The notes under the pieces: model-generated
Databases searched by the model: none
The model's input: only the letters and a program-made list of their open reading frames with translations
What the model was told of the DNA's origin: nothing
In this document: positions 13,101 through 24,800 of the stretch, one piece after another
How positions within the stretch are numbered: position 1 is the first letter of the stretch
Layout: the number at the start of each line of letters is the position of its first letter
Source: Lepidodermella squamata
Taxonomy: Eukaryota; Animalia; Gastrotricha
Direction: 5' to 3'
DNA length: 64,000 bases
Assembly: GCA_047495785.1 (NCBI GenBank)
Contig: JBLDXI010000013.1
Coordinates: 1,550,001 to 1,614,000, forward strand
Program-made: the position numbers and the translations under genes

Positions 13101-14850
13101 GCGCGCAATATCTGCCGCAGGCGAATTATTTATCATCACTGTATTACAGAACATAGTAACCGCTCAGTAGTTTTTGGGAAAACAATAAACTAGTAATAAT
13201 GCGCGAATTAATAATCTCACACGTGGAGACGCGGCAACTTTTTGTTTTTCGCCTTGTAATATATTTTCGATCATTTATATATTGTGTTGTAGAAAAACGC
13301 AAATCCCTTGGTGGCGGACAAATCTATATACTAATAATGTTTGATAACGTCATTCACATTTCTTTCGCATTTTTCTCAGTAGGAATTATATGCGTTGTTG
13401 TTATTTTTATTTTTCGCCAATATTACGCGCATGTAATTGTACGCGCGTTGCCGCGCTTTCTGTAAGGCAGGGCGGATAAATAAAAATAATCGACGGGATC
13501 AAAACGAACTACGCGTATCCAGTGCGATTGGGCTACTCGCATGCGTATTGTGTGTTTTTAGGCGCAGCAGCAACCTTAATCTTTTTGCGGTTTTCGTTAT
13601 TTTCGCATTGCCCATGCGGCGAATATTTTTCCTTCATTTTGCTATTGTTGTTATTATTATTTATCGAGCTCTACAACTTTTACAACTTTGCGTGTACATG
13701 AGATATCCGTTATATTGCGTTTAATTCGCCCATCACCGCTCCAATATATATCATTTTCGCGGGCTATAAAACGCGCAATAAAGCATCCCTCTTGGCACCT
13801 TAACAGCGCATGAATGACCCATTATCCATTGTGTTCAAGTGGGCCATTGTGACACATTTTTATTCGCTCTAATTTTCTCGCCAATGCACGAGAGGCTGTA
13901 ATTAAAATTACTCCACGCGTTTCTTTTAGCGAGAAAAAGGTGTGTGAAATACTACTACTTAACCGCAGTCTGCAATAGCATGAGAATTTTTAAACAATGA
14001 AATCGTGTTTATTGTTTGCAGTTGACCTATTGCGCGATTCCAAAGTGGGTAGAAAACAAACGTTTGAACTCGGGAGACCTGCTGGATTAATTTCTCGCGC
14101 CCACAATTGTAGGAGCTTCTTCTTGTGATTATATTTTTTTAGAAATAGCTATCACTGGCAATTTGCCATTCGCGGCTCATTTGTATAGGAAAGCCATGGG
14201 AAGTTGTTGGTTAACGCGAGATCATCCGCTAAATTAGCAAGATGCGGGCGCTTTGGATGTAGATGAAGGTAAATAACGCGCGTACCAGTTTTAAGAAAGT
14301 AAGGAACGCACAAATGCTTATGTTACAATTTTTGCGTTTATTCGGAAAACGGGGCACACGTCTACCTGGGCTTGTTGTTTTTATTGCCGAGTCACGTGTA
14401 ATTTATACTATATCAAACAACGAAACTCGCGCTCTCGACTCGAAACGCGCGCGCTTTTCGCCTCTCTTATTACAATAAACAACACCTGTTGAGATGAGTC
14501 TATTTGCCGTATTAACCACCCCATAGGCGGCTATATTAATGCTTGCGCTAGCCGGCTAGCTGGCCTCAAGTCATCATCATTATAAATAGACCGAAAGCGC
14601 GTCGAAAACAATGGCTGAGAATTGCAAATTGTTCGAGAGCTAAGTAGTGTAAAGGCCTTGTGGGATATAATTAATTACGCAGTGGTGTTGCCAATTTTCC
14701 ATGACGCCTCGTAAAAATAACCGTTTCCTTTTCTTGAAATAACAAAACCAGCTATTGCTCACCTTTCGCTGAATTTTTAGAGCCATGTAATAATACTTTT
14801 TTAAGCCATTGTTTTATTCGTAACGTTATGAGCCTGAGATTTTCCGGAAC

Positions 14851-17800
14851 ATGAAAACCTACGCGATTGAACATGTCCTGCGGAAGAAGCTGGCGTATTT
14901 ACCCGGCACAATTTCGAACATTGGCCGACTCCTCATGGTCATCACCCTTGACACCCAAACAGGAGCGACACCGCCATCGCCGAGATCGAGTTCGAATTCG
15001 GGAAATGCCAGTTCTGGGTCAAGCGGTAATCAACCCGCAGATAATTTCTTCGAATTGCAGCTGAATAGCGAATCAGACGATTTGGCGGTCACGCTCAACT
15101 TTTACGCGCAGTTGTTCCGCATGAATGAAATTCTTGAATTCAATATCTTGGCGATTATCGACAACCGATGTGGGAACTGGAAGCGATTGAGATCAGTATT
15201 AAAGATGATTAAGGTAAAATTGTTTTCTATTCCCACCTTAAAGTTCCTAAAACGTTTTTTCCAGATGTTTTTGCCGCAAATCGCGGTCGCCTTGGTTGTT
15301 AAATCTGACCACTCTTCGACCCCACTCAACGTTAAATTGTGGCTAAATCGAACGCGCCAAACAACCCGGCGCGCTTCGTTTGGCTCTGCGATTACTTTTT
15401 GCGGGGCTGGCGATGGGACGAGCGAGGCTGGTAAAGATGATAACATGTTGACAGCAAGCAATACCACCTCGGCATACTCAAACGTTACTACATCACTCGT
15501 CGCATCAATTCGCCCATCGACTGTCCTGGTTATCGGGCAATCTAAGCTATCAACTTACATCAGCGAAGATCAACTCCCTATAGATTTAGGCGGCTACTTC
15601 GATAGCTACGACCACACGTCTTGGCTATTAGCTCGGATCGCTGCTGAGCGATACGTTGATAGGGTTGAGTTGATGATTGCTCAGAGATTTATGAACGGCG
15701 ACGAAATGAAGTCCATTCGCGCTAGCCAGCAATCGCTAGCCGGCCACAGTGATTGGAGGGTTCGGCATTTACTGGCCGAATCTAACACAGACCCTGCCGA
15801 ATTTTCAACGCTCATGCTTCTTGGTAGTAAGATCGTCTCGAATTTAACGAAATTTAGCTGTGCTCGGGTGAACAAAGACCTGGTCTCCTCGGTTAAAATG
15901 GCGGTGAAATCGCTGGAGCCGATGACTTTGCTACAACCGGCCGCGAAACGGCCGGCGAGAGTCGTCATGTTTTCGAAAGCTGAGCCTAAGGTGAAAATCT
16001 ACGGCTGCGAACCAGGCGATGACGATGATTTGCCACTGAGCCGCGACGAAATCGAGTACGAAATAAATGCGATCCGGCGATGGCTTTCTAACGATGGCGA
16101 TCGTCTCATTATGTGCGAAACAGACGGTATAATTTCTCATTTCAAAAATTTTAAGGCGGATTTGTTTGATTTTTATTTCTAGTTGGCACTAGCCTGAGAT
16201 CAGCCGAAAGATTGGTCGACAAACACGAGTTGATCGAGCTCGATTGCGCGGAGACATTTGCCCGTTACACGCGGCTGATTTCCGCGCTCGATATGCTGAT
16301 GTCCCAACACGTTCTCGCTCACAACGACGACCTTGTTATCCAGCGATCCGAGCTAGAAAGCCTTCTACGAACCTTTGCAATGCGCGTTGATCGGCGGCGC
16401 ACTCTTCTACTGACTTGCGCTCGATTTTTCCGTCTACTTAAAAAATCGCTAGGCGCAGTTGCGGCTGTTACCCGAATTTTGGCAAAAGCTGGCGAGGAAA
16501 CTAACGATGACGACGGCCTAGGCGGTTGCTCGTTGACCGAAGCCCAGCAAATCTCGTTGGAAACTAACCGGAATCGAGCTGAAATTTTGGGGGCGAAAAC
16601 GTTTGAAGAAGGCGCGAGGCTTGTTCAAATGCTGGTTGTTGGAACAGGCCGACCTGACGTAGTACGAGACTATTCCTATGAAATCAACATCGTCGTTCAA
16701 TCTTCAGAGGCCCTGCGTAATGAACTTGAATCAATGGAGAGAATTTTTGCCAGTCCGATGCCTGGTGATGAAATCGACGAAGAAGAAGAAGAGAAAAGAA
16801 CGAGCGATTCTTTGGAACAAACTTCGAATTCTCTCACGTCGTCATCATCTGGCCATCAAAGCGCTCGCGATTCAGTCGCTGACAGTGACTCGGATCATAC
16901 GCATCAGCAAAATCTGGAAGATTTAATCAGCGTTTTCGTGCAAACGCTAGATCAACAATTGGTTGCGATATCGCAATTTGTTCGCTCTTTTTCGCTTGAT
17001 TTGGGCTCGGCTGGGCCTCGCGACTGTCGGCAGTTGTTGAATAAGTACCAGGCTACCTATTACGATCTCGAACACCAGTGCAATTTGATGAACCGCTGCG
17101 GACTCGATTTTGTCGGCAAAATAATCAAGTAAATTTAATTTCAAATTGACCGTTAACAAGTGAAAAGTGGGGTTTGCGAAATTTTCGAGATCGTGATATT
17201 TTTGATGCCGTTTTCAAGATCAATGAACGAGGAGTCGATCGATATCAAAACGAGGTTGATAGTCATCAGGGTTGCTGAGAAAATGGGCTTCAAAGTTTTC
17301 GGGTGAAAATGACTAATTTCGAGCAATTTGCGCTTAAAAAATTTAGTTTTTATTGCATCAATTAATTATTCGTCGCGCAATAAATTCTGCTGTTATTTTC
17401 TTATGCGCAGTCGAGACTGATAGAGGTAATCTGAGGAGGGGAATCTATAGCTATTTCTTCCACGTCAACCTAAATTAGTAAGCCTTTCCGGTGATACATT
17501 CGGGTCTCTAGTCTCTCGTCTTTTGGGGTGGATGGGGGCCTCCTAGATGATCATAGAGGTCCTAATTCAAAAAATTCTAAATCCTTAAGACAAACTGAGT
17601 GAGAACATCTAGGATCCCAAGAATCGTCCCGTTTCAAGTCAACGCACTTTTCGCCATTTGCTGGAAAATTCAGGAAATACGCCAAACCCCACTTTTCACT
17701 TGTTAACAGTTATTTTTTATTTTATCCTTTTCAACGTAATTTTAATCTAGGGCGCATTCCACTGTTGACCCTTCATCGCTAACTTCCATTGAAAACGCAA

Positions 17801-18348
17801 TGTTGGAGCTGAACCGCCAATTCAACCAAGTTCGAACGCTATGGAAGGATATTCAAATCAACAAAGTTCAGTCGGATATCGTGAAACTGCTCGAGGTCTG
17901 CTCAAGACGAACAAGCAACTCATCTTGGAGCATCAACTACGCCTCTTCAGCCAGCAACAACAGCACTGGGCTAAACAGCCCGCAAGTGAAAAAACTGGAA
18001 TCGACCAGTTACAGCAATAAAACCTACGTTCAAACTAGTCAAACTTTAGAAACGAGCCGGCAATCGTCGAGCGGCCTCGCGTCGTCAACCGCATCGAGCC
18101 CTGGTAACAAATCAATAAGTGCTCGCCACGCGAGTTCAAGTGCGTTCGAAGATATCGAAGAACGAGGCGAAGCGTCGAACAGTCTGCGCCGCTGTTTTAC
18201 GACAAGCGACGTCTCTCGATTGTTACTGTCCCCGTTGGACGAACAACCGAATAGCGACCGGCCAACTCAAGTGCCAAGTCCACTGCTGATCTCCGGCAAT
18301 TCAACGAAATGGCTATCTGATCCTGAGATACATTTCGGAATTGTTTAA
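14851..18348 (+). CDS. SEC14/CRAL-TRIO + spectrin-repeat protein (SESTD1/Trio-N-terminus-like), multi-exon
   Basis: N-terminus MKTYAIEHVLRKKLAYLPG resembles SESTD1/Kalirin ILKxKxAxLSG. Also IIDNRCGNW, LSTYISEDQLPIDLGG...YDHTSWL and spectrin-like FAMRVDRRRTLLLTCARFF. Introns at ~15213-15264, ~16128-16182 and ~17129-17750. Confidence 0.8.
17147..17712. mobile_element. MITE family A, copy 2, inside an intron of the SESTD1-like gene
   Basis: TIRs TGACCGTTAACAAGTGAAAAGTGGGGTTTG / CAAACCCCACTTTTCACTTGTTAACAGTTA. Homologous to 8212-8750. Confidence 0.88.
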
Positions 18349-18926
18349 ATTAACAAAAAAAAAACGTTTCTGAGCTTTCCCTTTTTGCTATACAAACAAT
18401 TTTTCCCACTGATTTTTGTAGTTACAACGCCCCTTTTTGTTATATGATTGCGATATGGCCTTGACTTGTCGTTTTAGCTTTGTCGCGATATTATACTGCC
18501 TAGCTCCATTTTTCAGTTGAATTCGATTGACGTTAATAGCAAAAGTAATTTGACGGCCGCTATCTCAACTAGTAAAAATTGCGTAATAAACTAATTTTGA
18601 TAAAACAAAAGGTGTTGAGTTTGAGGTTTTTTTCTTCCATCGGCTATAAAATTTTCGTGTTGACCATGCAGATTAAACTTTAGCCACGTTCGTATCTTAA
18701 CTTTTCACGCACTTCAGCATCATATGCGCAGTACTTCATCATTTTTTCATAATCGTTTTCAACGCGGCTGTTGCTGTCGTATATAACGCGTAAAAAGCTA
18801 TAAAAAACGTTGCAATTTTTATGTAGGAAAAAAGCTCAAGTAATCGGCTCGGTGAAAAAGTGGGCGGTTTGGTCCGTCGACTTGAGATGAGGTGCTATAA
18901 CTGCAGTACTTTTTCAATTTAACTGT

Positions 18927-20609
18927 ATGGCTTCACGTGTTATCTTCGCGGTATCATTTTTTCTTTACCTCAATCTAGCTGTACACTTCCTTGAAGTTGA
19001 ATCAGCTGATCAACGGTCACAGTATATCGCCGACACGCTTCGGAGAATCTTGAGAGCATCCCCTAATGTTGACTTTGGCCTAAAATTTGCTAACCGCTCC
19101 ATTCAAAGCATCGGATCTCAGGACCGCCTGGATCTAACCCTCCAAAAATTGATCCTATCTATTGCGGACCGGAAACCTGAAGATGAACCTCGATTTCAAA
19201 TAGCCGCTGTTGGCGCCTCTATTACTAAAGGAGGCGGAGTACCGGTAAATTCGTTAAAGACCTTAAGGAACAATTTTATCATTTTTTTAATTTAGAGAGG
19301 TCTGGAATTTCCGAGGATTCTTGCTGATTGGTTCAAGGAGGCGTTAACTCCACTTGGCGTTACAGTTAGATTGAAAAATGCCGCAATTGGAGGCACGATC
19401 AGCGAATTCTTCGCCCTCTGCCAACACGAGTTCATCGATTTTACAGAAACCGACGTTCTTCTCGTAGAATTTGCTGTAAACGATGGCGCAGCTATTGATA
19501 AGCAACTTCCGGGTTATGAGAGCAACCTTGACGCGGCGAGGCATTTAGAAGAGCTAGTTCGGGCTGTTTGGCGGATAAATCCGGCCGTTCACATTATCCT
19601 GGTGAACAGTCCTTACGTCGCTAGGCTTTTTACATCCACCCCGGCTTTCCCAGCTGAAAAACGGTGCCAATCAGCAGATGACATCTACCTCCCTGTTGTC
19701 CGATATTACCGTATTCCTACCATTGGTTGGAAACAAATTTTTTGCGATGACACTGAAATAGTTAATACTTCATCTGCAAACAAGCTATTTCTGGACCTTT
19801 TTGCCAGCTTTGACGATTACCACCCCTCGGCCCTTGCCCACTTGATGACATCTGATTTTTTAATTTTTTACTTTCGAACTGCCATGAAGCAGTTGGCAAC
19901 ACGGCTAGCATCAAGCAATTCAGCCGCAGTCGAAGCTCGATTTTTCGATGAAGGTATCCAGCCCGACTTGTGGCCACCTGAGCGGTATATTTTCAGCAGG
20001 TCACGACAAATTGTGGATTCTGAATGTTTCCTCGCCTACGAGAGACCCTTCAAGAAGAGCAGCAAACTTACGGAAGGGTTGTTAACAAGAGACGGCGACT
20101 CGTTTCGAAACGTATTCAACGGGAAAGTCCCAATGATAAGCGACGGGTCGGAATTCATGAAATTTTATGCCCTTCGCGAAATGTTGCCAGCAATTTTTCG
20201 GTTCCAGTTTGATGTGAAACAAGTCAAGGAACAAACTTGCCGCAATCAAAGCATACCGAGGCTAGCCCTGGCAGTTGCTTCATACAGATATAATGCTACG
20301 ACTGTTGTCACTGGCAAGTATCGGGTCGAAGTCAGGATGATTTTCGCGATACCAAGGACAAACATCACTTATCCGTACCGATGGCCCAGTTTTGACGTAG
20401 AAATGACGTCTGAAAGCTACCAACAAAATCATATCTTCAAACTGCCGTTCCCAAGTATGACAGCTCAGGACACTCAACCTGTAGAAACTGCTTTATGTGA
20501 AAGGACAACCTCTCATTTGACCAACCTTGATATCCGTATAGAAAAGCTGACTACAGCACATACTCTTAATTTGATAGGCGTAGTGGTGATTCATGAATGC
20601 TGCTCATAA
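18927..20609 (+). CDS. secreted SGNH/GDSL-type hydrolase (paralog 2), 2 exons
   Basis: Signal peptide. Blocks VGASIT, NAAIGGTIS, VEFAVND, DDYHPSALAH. 51-nt phase-0 intron at 19245-19295, the same position as in paralog 1. Ends HECCS versus HGCCS. Confidence 0.85.
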
Positions 20610-21295
20610 AAGGAGAGTTTCCAGGCTATCGATTTATGCATAAATAAAGGCTTTTTCCAGCTATTCGCCAATAAAATCGATTAAATTGTTATAATATACT
20701 TCAAAGCATTTTGAAAGAATAGCTTCTATACCGAGAAACTATTGAAGCATTGACGATTGGTTATACCTAATCGATAGCGGACAGTTTTTCGGTATAATTA
20801 ACCATTAATGAAACTAAAGTTTGGCGCGACGAGCAACGGGAAGATGAACAATTGGCATTTTGAGGCGCGCTATGGAGACGAGGAAAAATGTATTGTTAAT
20901 ACAAATGTTAAACAAAGTCGAACATCGAGATATCACGCTCGATTGGTTTCAATTATTTACTGTTTCGCACCACCATGCAGTTCTAAATGATGACTTGCTA
21001 ATCGAAGAAATGTTCCAACTAACTTGGCAAAATACGGCAAAATAGTTGACGCTTGGTATAAATGATTAATGCGCCCAACAAGTTTTTGACGTTTTATTGT
21101 TTTCTCAAAAAGTGCGTTATTCAAATTCACCCCGGGCATTGCAACATGATTCTCAGTGAGCGATTGCAAGAATGAACTGCCAACATTTTTGTGTGGCCTC
21201 GCTTTAAATGAATGGCTAGCGGAACTTTTCTAGTTTAACGTTTTAGCCCTCCGCAATCCTGGTTGCTATGCTCTTTAAATAAAGTAAGAATGAAG

Positions 21296-21606
21296 CCAGC
21301 TGGTACCAGAGGGTGTGACTTTTTTCATCCGACCAATGTCTTATTTCATCCGACAACCAAAAATGTGACTAAAATCATCCGACATGAAAATATCGATTTT
21401 TCCTCTTTTATGCACCCTATTTTGGCCCCTGAACCGGCAGAATTTTATGGTGAAAGATTTATGGTGATCCGAGATGTCGCTTTTTTGCTGTAATTTTTTG
21501 AAAATATGAAAAAATAAGTCGGCAGGTTTTAGTCACATTTGTGGTTGTCGGATGAAATTAGACATTGGTTGGATGAAAAAAGTTGTCCCCGTACCGGAAC
21601 CCTTGG
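21296..21606. mobile_element. MITE-like foldback element (~65 bp inverted arms with internal CATCCGAC repeats)
   Basis: 21318-21383 (ACTTTTTTCATCCGACCAATGTC...GTGACTAAAA) is the near-perfect reverse complement of 21518-21583. Outer ends are degenerate. Confidence 0.7.
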
Positions 21607-21851
21607 CTGATCCCACATTCTTGTGATTATTGCGCTGAGGAAGGAGTATTTTGAGGGTGAAAACGGGTTTTGGCAAGGCGCAAAACTCAGCAAAGTAGAT
21701 GTAGTAATCGGTAATCTTTCCAACAGAGTTGGGTCGTTGCGATACTTTAGCTCCCAGCCTCGAATGCGCAGGGCAGCTTCTGCAAGTCTTAATGCCCCTG
21801 TTTTTGTTGTTGAAAACACAGTTGAGGCACAAATTAGAATAATTACAAGCT

Positions 21852-24800
21852 ATGATTGCAAGAGTCGCCTTTACCATCTTTCTGGCAATTTCGACGGTTT
21901 CGGGGGGCCGCGTATACTCGCGCATCAATGGCCAACGTCCCATTGCTGTTACAAGCGGCGACTCGGTTTCCAACTACTTGCTAGCGTCCGTTGGCACTGT
22001 CGCATCAGAAAACCATTGCGCTTCGTCTTGTTCTCAAAATTCCAGCTGTTTATCGGCTTATTTCAAGTCGTCGGATAAAAGCTGCTCCTTATATTTGGCA
22101 TCGGTGAATGCTGGTCAGTTTCTGTCAGTATCAGCAAGCGGGGCTGGAGCCGGGGACGTGGTTTTCGACATGGTTTCGAGTCTCGCGAAGCCACAGACAG
22201 AGGCAGAGGCGACAGATTCAGGTGAACAATTTATGAAGGCTGTGAGAGAAACCATTCTTAAACCATGCACCAACATACTACCGATGGGAATAAGGACCTG
22301 GCAGGGTTCAGGCCCGGTATGGGATGATCATTCCTTGGCGATCAGGCATGATCAGTTGACAGGAGGAGCAGGCACTGTGACCTCTTATAACAGCACCAAG
22401 CCATGGTTTGGGCGGCTTCATCTATTCAGCGACTCGTTTCAGGCGGCATCTGGTACTGCTATGAACAATCTCTTTTTCTCCTCCTTGAATCCGACATATC
22501 CGGCGTCTTACTTCCAGATTTCCTTCGACGCGTTTGTTTGGCTGCATGGCTTTGAAATAATGACACTAGGTTACACTCGAAAGACATCACTAACTTACAG
22601 CTACGACGGTAACAATTGGTTGGAGTATCTCGACCGCTTTGGCGGCGTTCAGTTTTTCTCATCACCGGACCCTAATCGTAACCATACATACTACACATAC
22701 TCGTTGTCACCGCCCTTATTAACACACCATGTCAGGCTTCATGCGCGGGAACTGGACAGCGCTGCCAGCGGGGTATATCACGTCGAGTTTTACGGTTGTT
22801 CAGGGCAAACTTGCCGCGACCCTCTTGGTATCCACACTGGCGAAGTTCAAGAATCACAAGTTACCGCTTCATCATTCATGGGTCCGGCTTTCCGACCTTA
22901 CAATGGTATACTTGGCAGCAATTGGCTCGGCTGGATGGCGGCAACTTCAGGCAGCGAATGGATTCAGGTCGACTTCCTAGTCAACAAAATCGTAGGCTTA
23001 AAACTAGTCTACGAATTTTAAACTTTACATCTTTCATGGGTATAGGTTACTGGAGTTGCAACTCAATTGGCAAAAGAGGCTTGGCGAGCCACTTCTACTC
23101 CAGCTATCCCCTCCTCCGTTGTAACGCAATTCACTATTTCATACTGCAGGGATCCAAATTGTGGAGACAAGCCTGCTTTGAACTTATTGCTGGACCGAAA
23201 TGGGAACCGAATGTATTTCAGCAACTCCAACACAGCGTCACAACAAACCATTACGCTGTTCAGTGAACCGATATTGGCAAGAGTTCTCCGCCTTACACCG
23301 ACAACATTCACTGGGAATCCGGGGATACGGTGGGATCTTTTAGGATGTAGACATGTGCCTAGGTTTCCGAATAAGCTGTTCAAAGACTTGGCGTTGAACC
23401 GCTCAGCTGTCGGGTCGTCGTCACCGATGCCAGCTGTTTTCGGCACTCAGACTAGCCGCCTTACTGATCAACCGAATCGTGATGAAGCCGGCGTCTTTCA
23501 TTCTTGCGTTCGTGTGGATCCTGATCCGAACAATGCTTCTTACGTAACAATTGATCTTGGTTCTTCGCAGCAAGTTAGCGACGTAATTGTCACACCGACT
23601 CGCCTATACAGCAACTTAGACCCGATCGGGCTATGGCTCTTCGATCTTTTCACCATGGCGTATGATCTGAGCGGGAATGGCATGGACGGTGTCGTTGGTC
23701 CTAATATCAGCTTGGTAACTGGCCCGTTCGGAAAACCGAAAAGCGCTTTCCAGTTCAACAAAGAGAATACTTATGATGCAGTAATGTTCCCATCACCCTG
23801 GCCAAACAATCCTCTCTATGATCCAACCAAAGACTATTCCCATTTTTTCTGGCTATACGTTGTCAATGATGGCACCACTGGAGATGTCATCCATTTGTCA
23901 CTTCACGAGATGAATGACTTTAGCGTAGGGTTGGCGTGCATTTACGCCCAAATAGATGCAACTGACCCTAACCTATTCATGATTGGCATGACGAACGATA
24001 ACATTAAGTAAGATTACCTGTCGCCAAGACGAACTGAATGATATTCCTCTCTTTCCTCAGTCCTCTCAGCTATATAAAGCTTCCCGCGAACACATGGCAT
24101 TTCGTTGGCGTCTTGTATGATCGAACTCGGAACTTGATTCAAATGTATGCGAACGGCGTTATGATTGGACTTTTCCCCATCGCTGGTTCTGGGGTTAGCA
24201 GCAATTCGCAGCTTGTCATGGGGTTTTATCGTCCTAGTCAAAGCTTTAAGAAACACACAATTAGGATTGCATGTCGGCAAATTTACAACCGATTACTCAC
24301 CAGAGAAGAGATCGACGATGCCGCTTCATGCCCCTGGCAATGTGAGTTAAATTCTTCCGTTAAAAAAGTATAAGAAATATTTGGGGAAAAAATGAGAGAC
24401 TAATCCGACTTGCTTGTAGCAAATTTCATTGTTCGAAGACGAATTGATTGATACAAATTTCCAATTATAACAGCGCCTACTCCGATAATGCTCTGGCCAA
24501 TGGATGATGTGTACGGTATTACTGATGCTTTCGGAGGCAAGGTTAATGGATCGAACCCTTATGTCACATTTGCGCATGTGTCGACCTTTACAACGGGCAC
24601 AGCTGACTACGCCGGCAAAGCTTATTACGCAGATTACAACACTTACAGAGCTTACGTTGAATACTCAAACACGCAAGGCGACCTGGACGCCCCGTACGCG
24701 TTTTCAATAAGCGCATGGGTGTTATCGACCAGAGACAATGTCATTTGGAGTTTCAAGGGCGCCGGTAACTATACTTTGGCAATGTGGTCTCGAGCAGATG

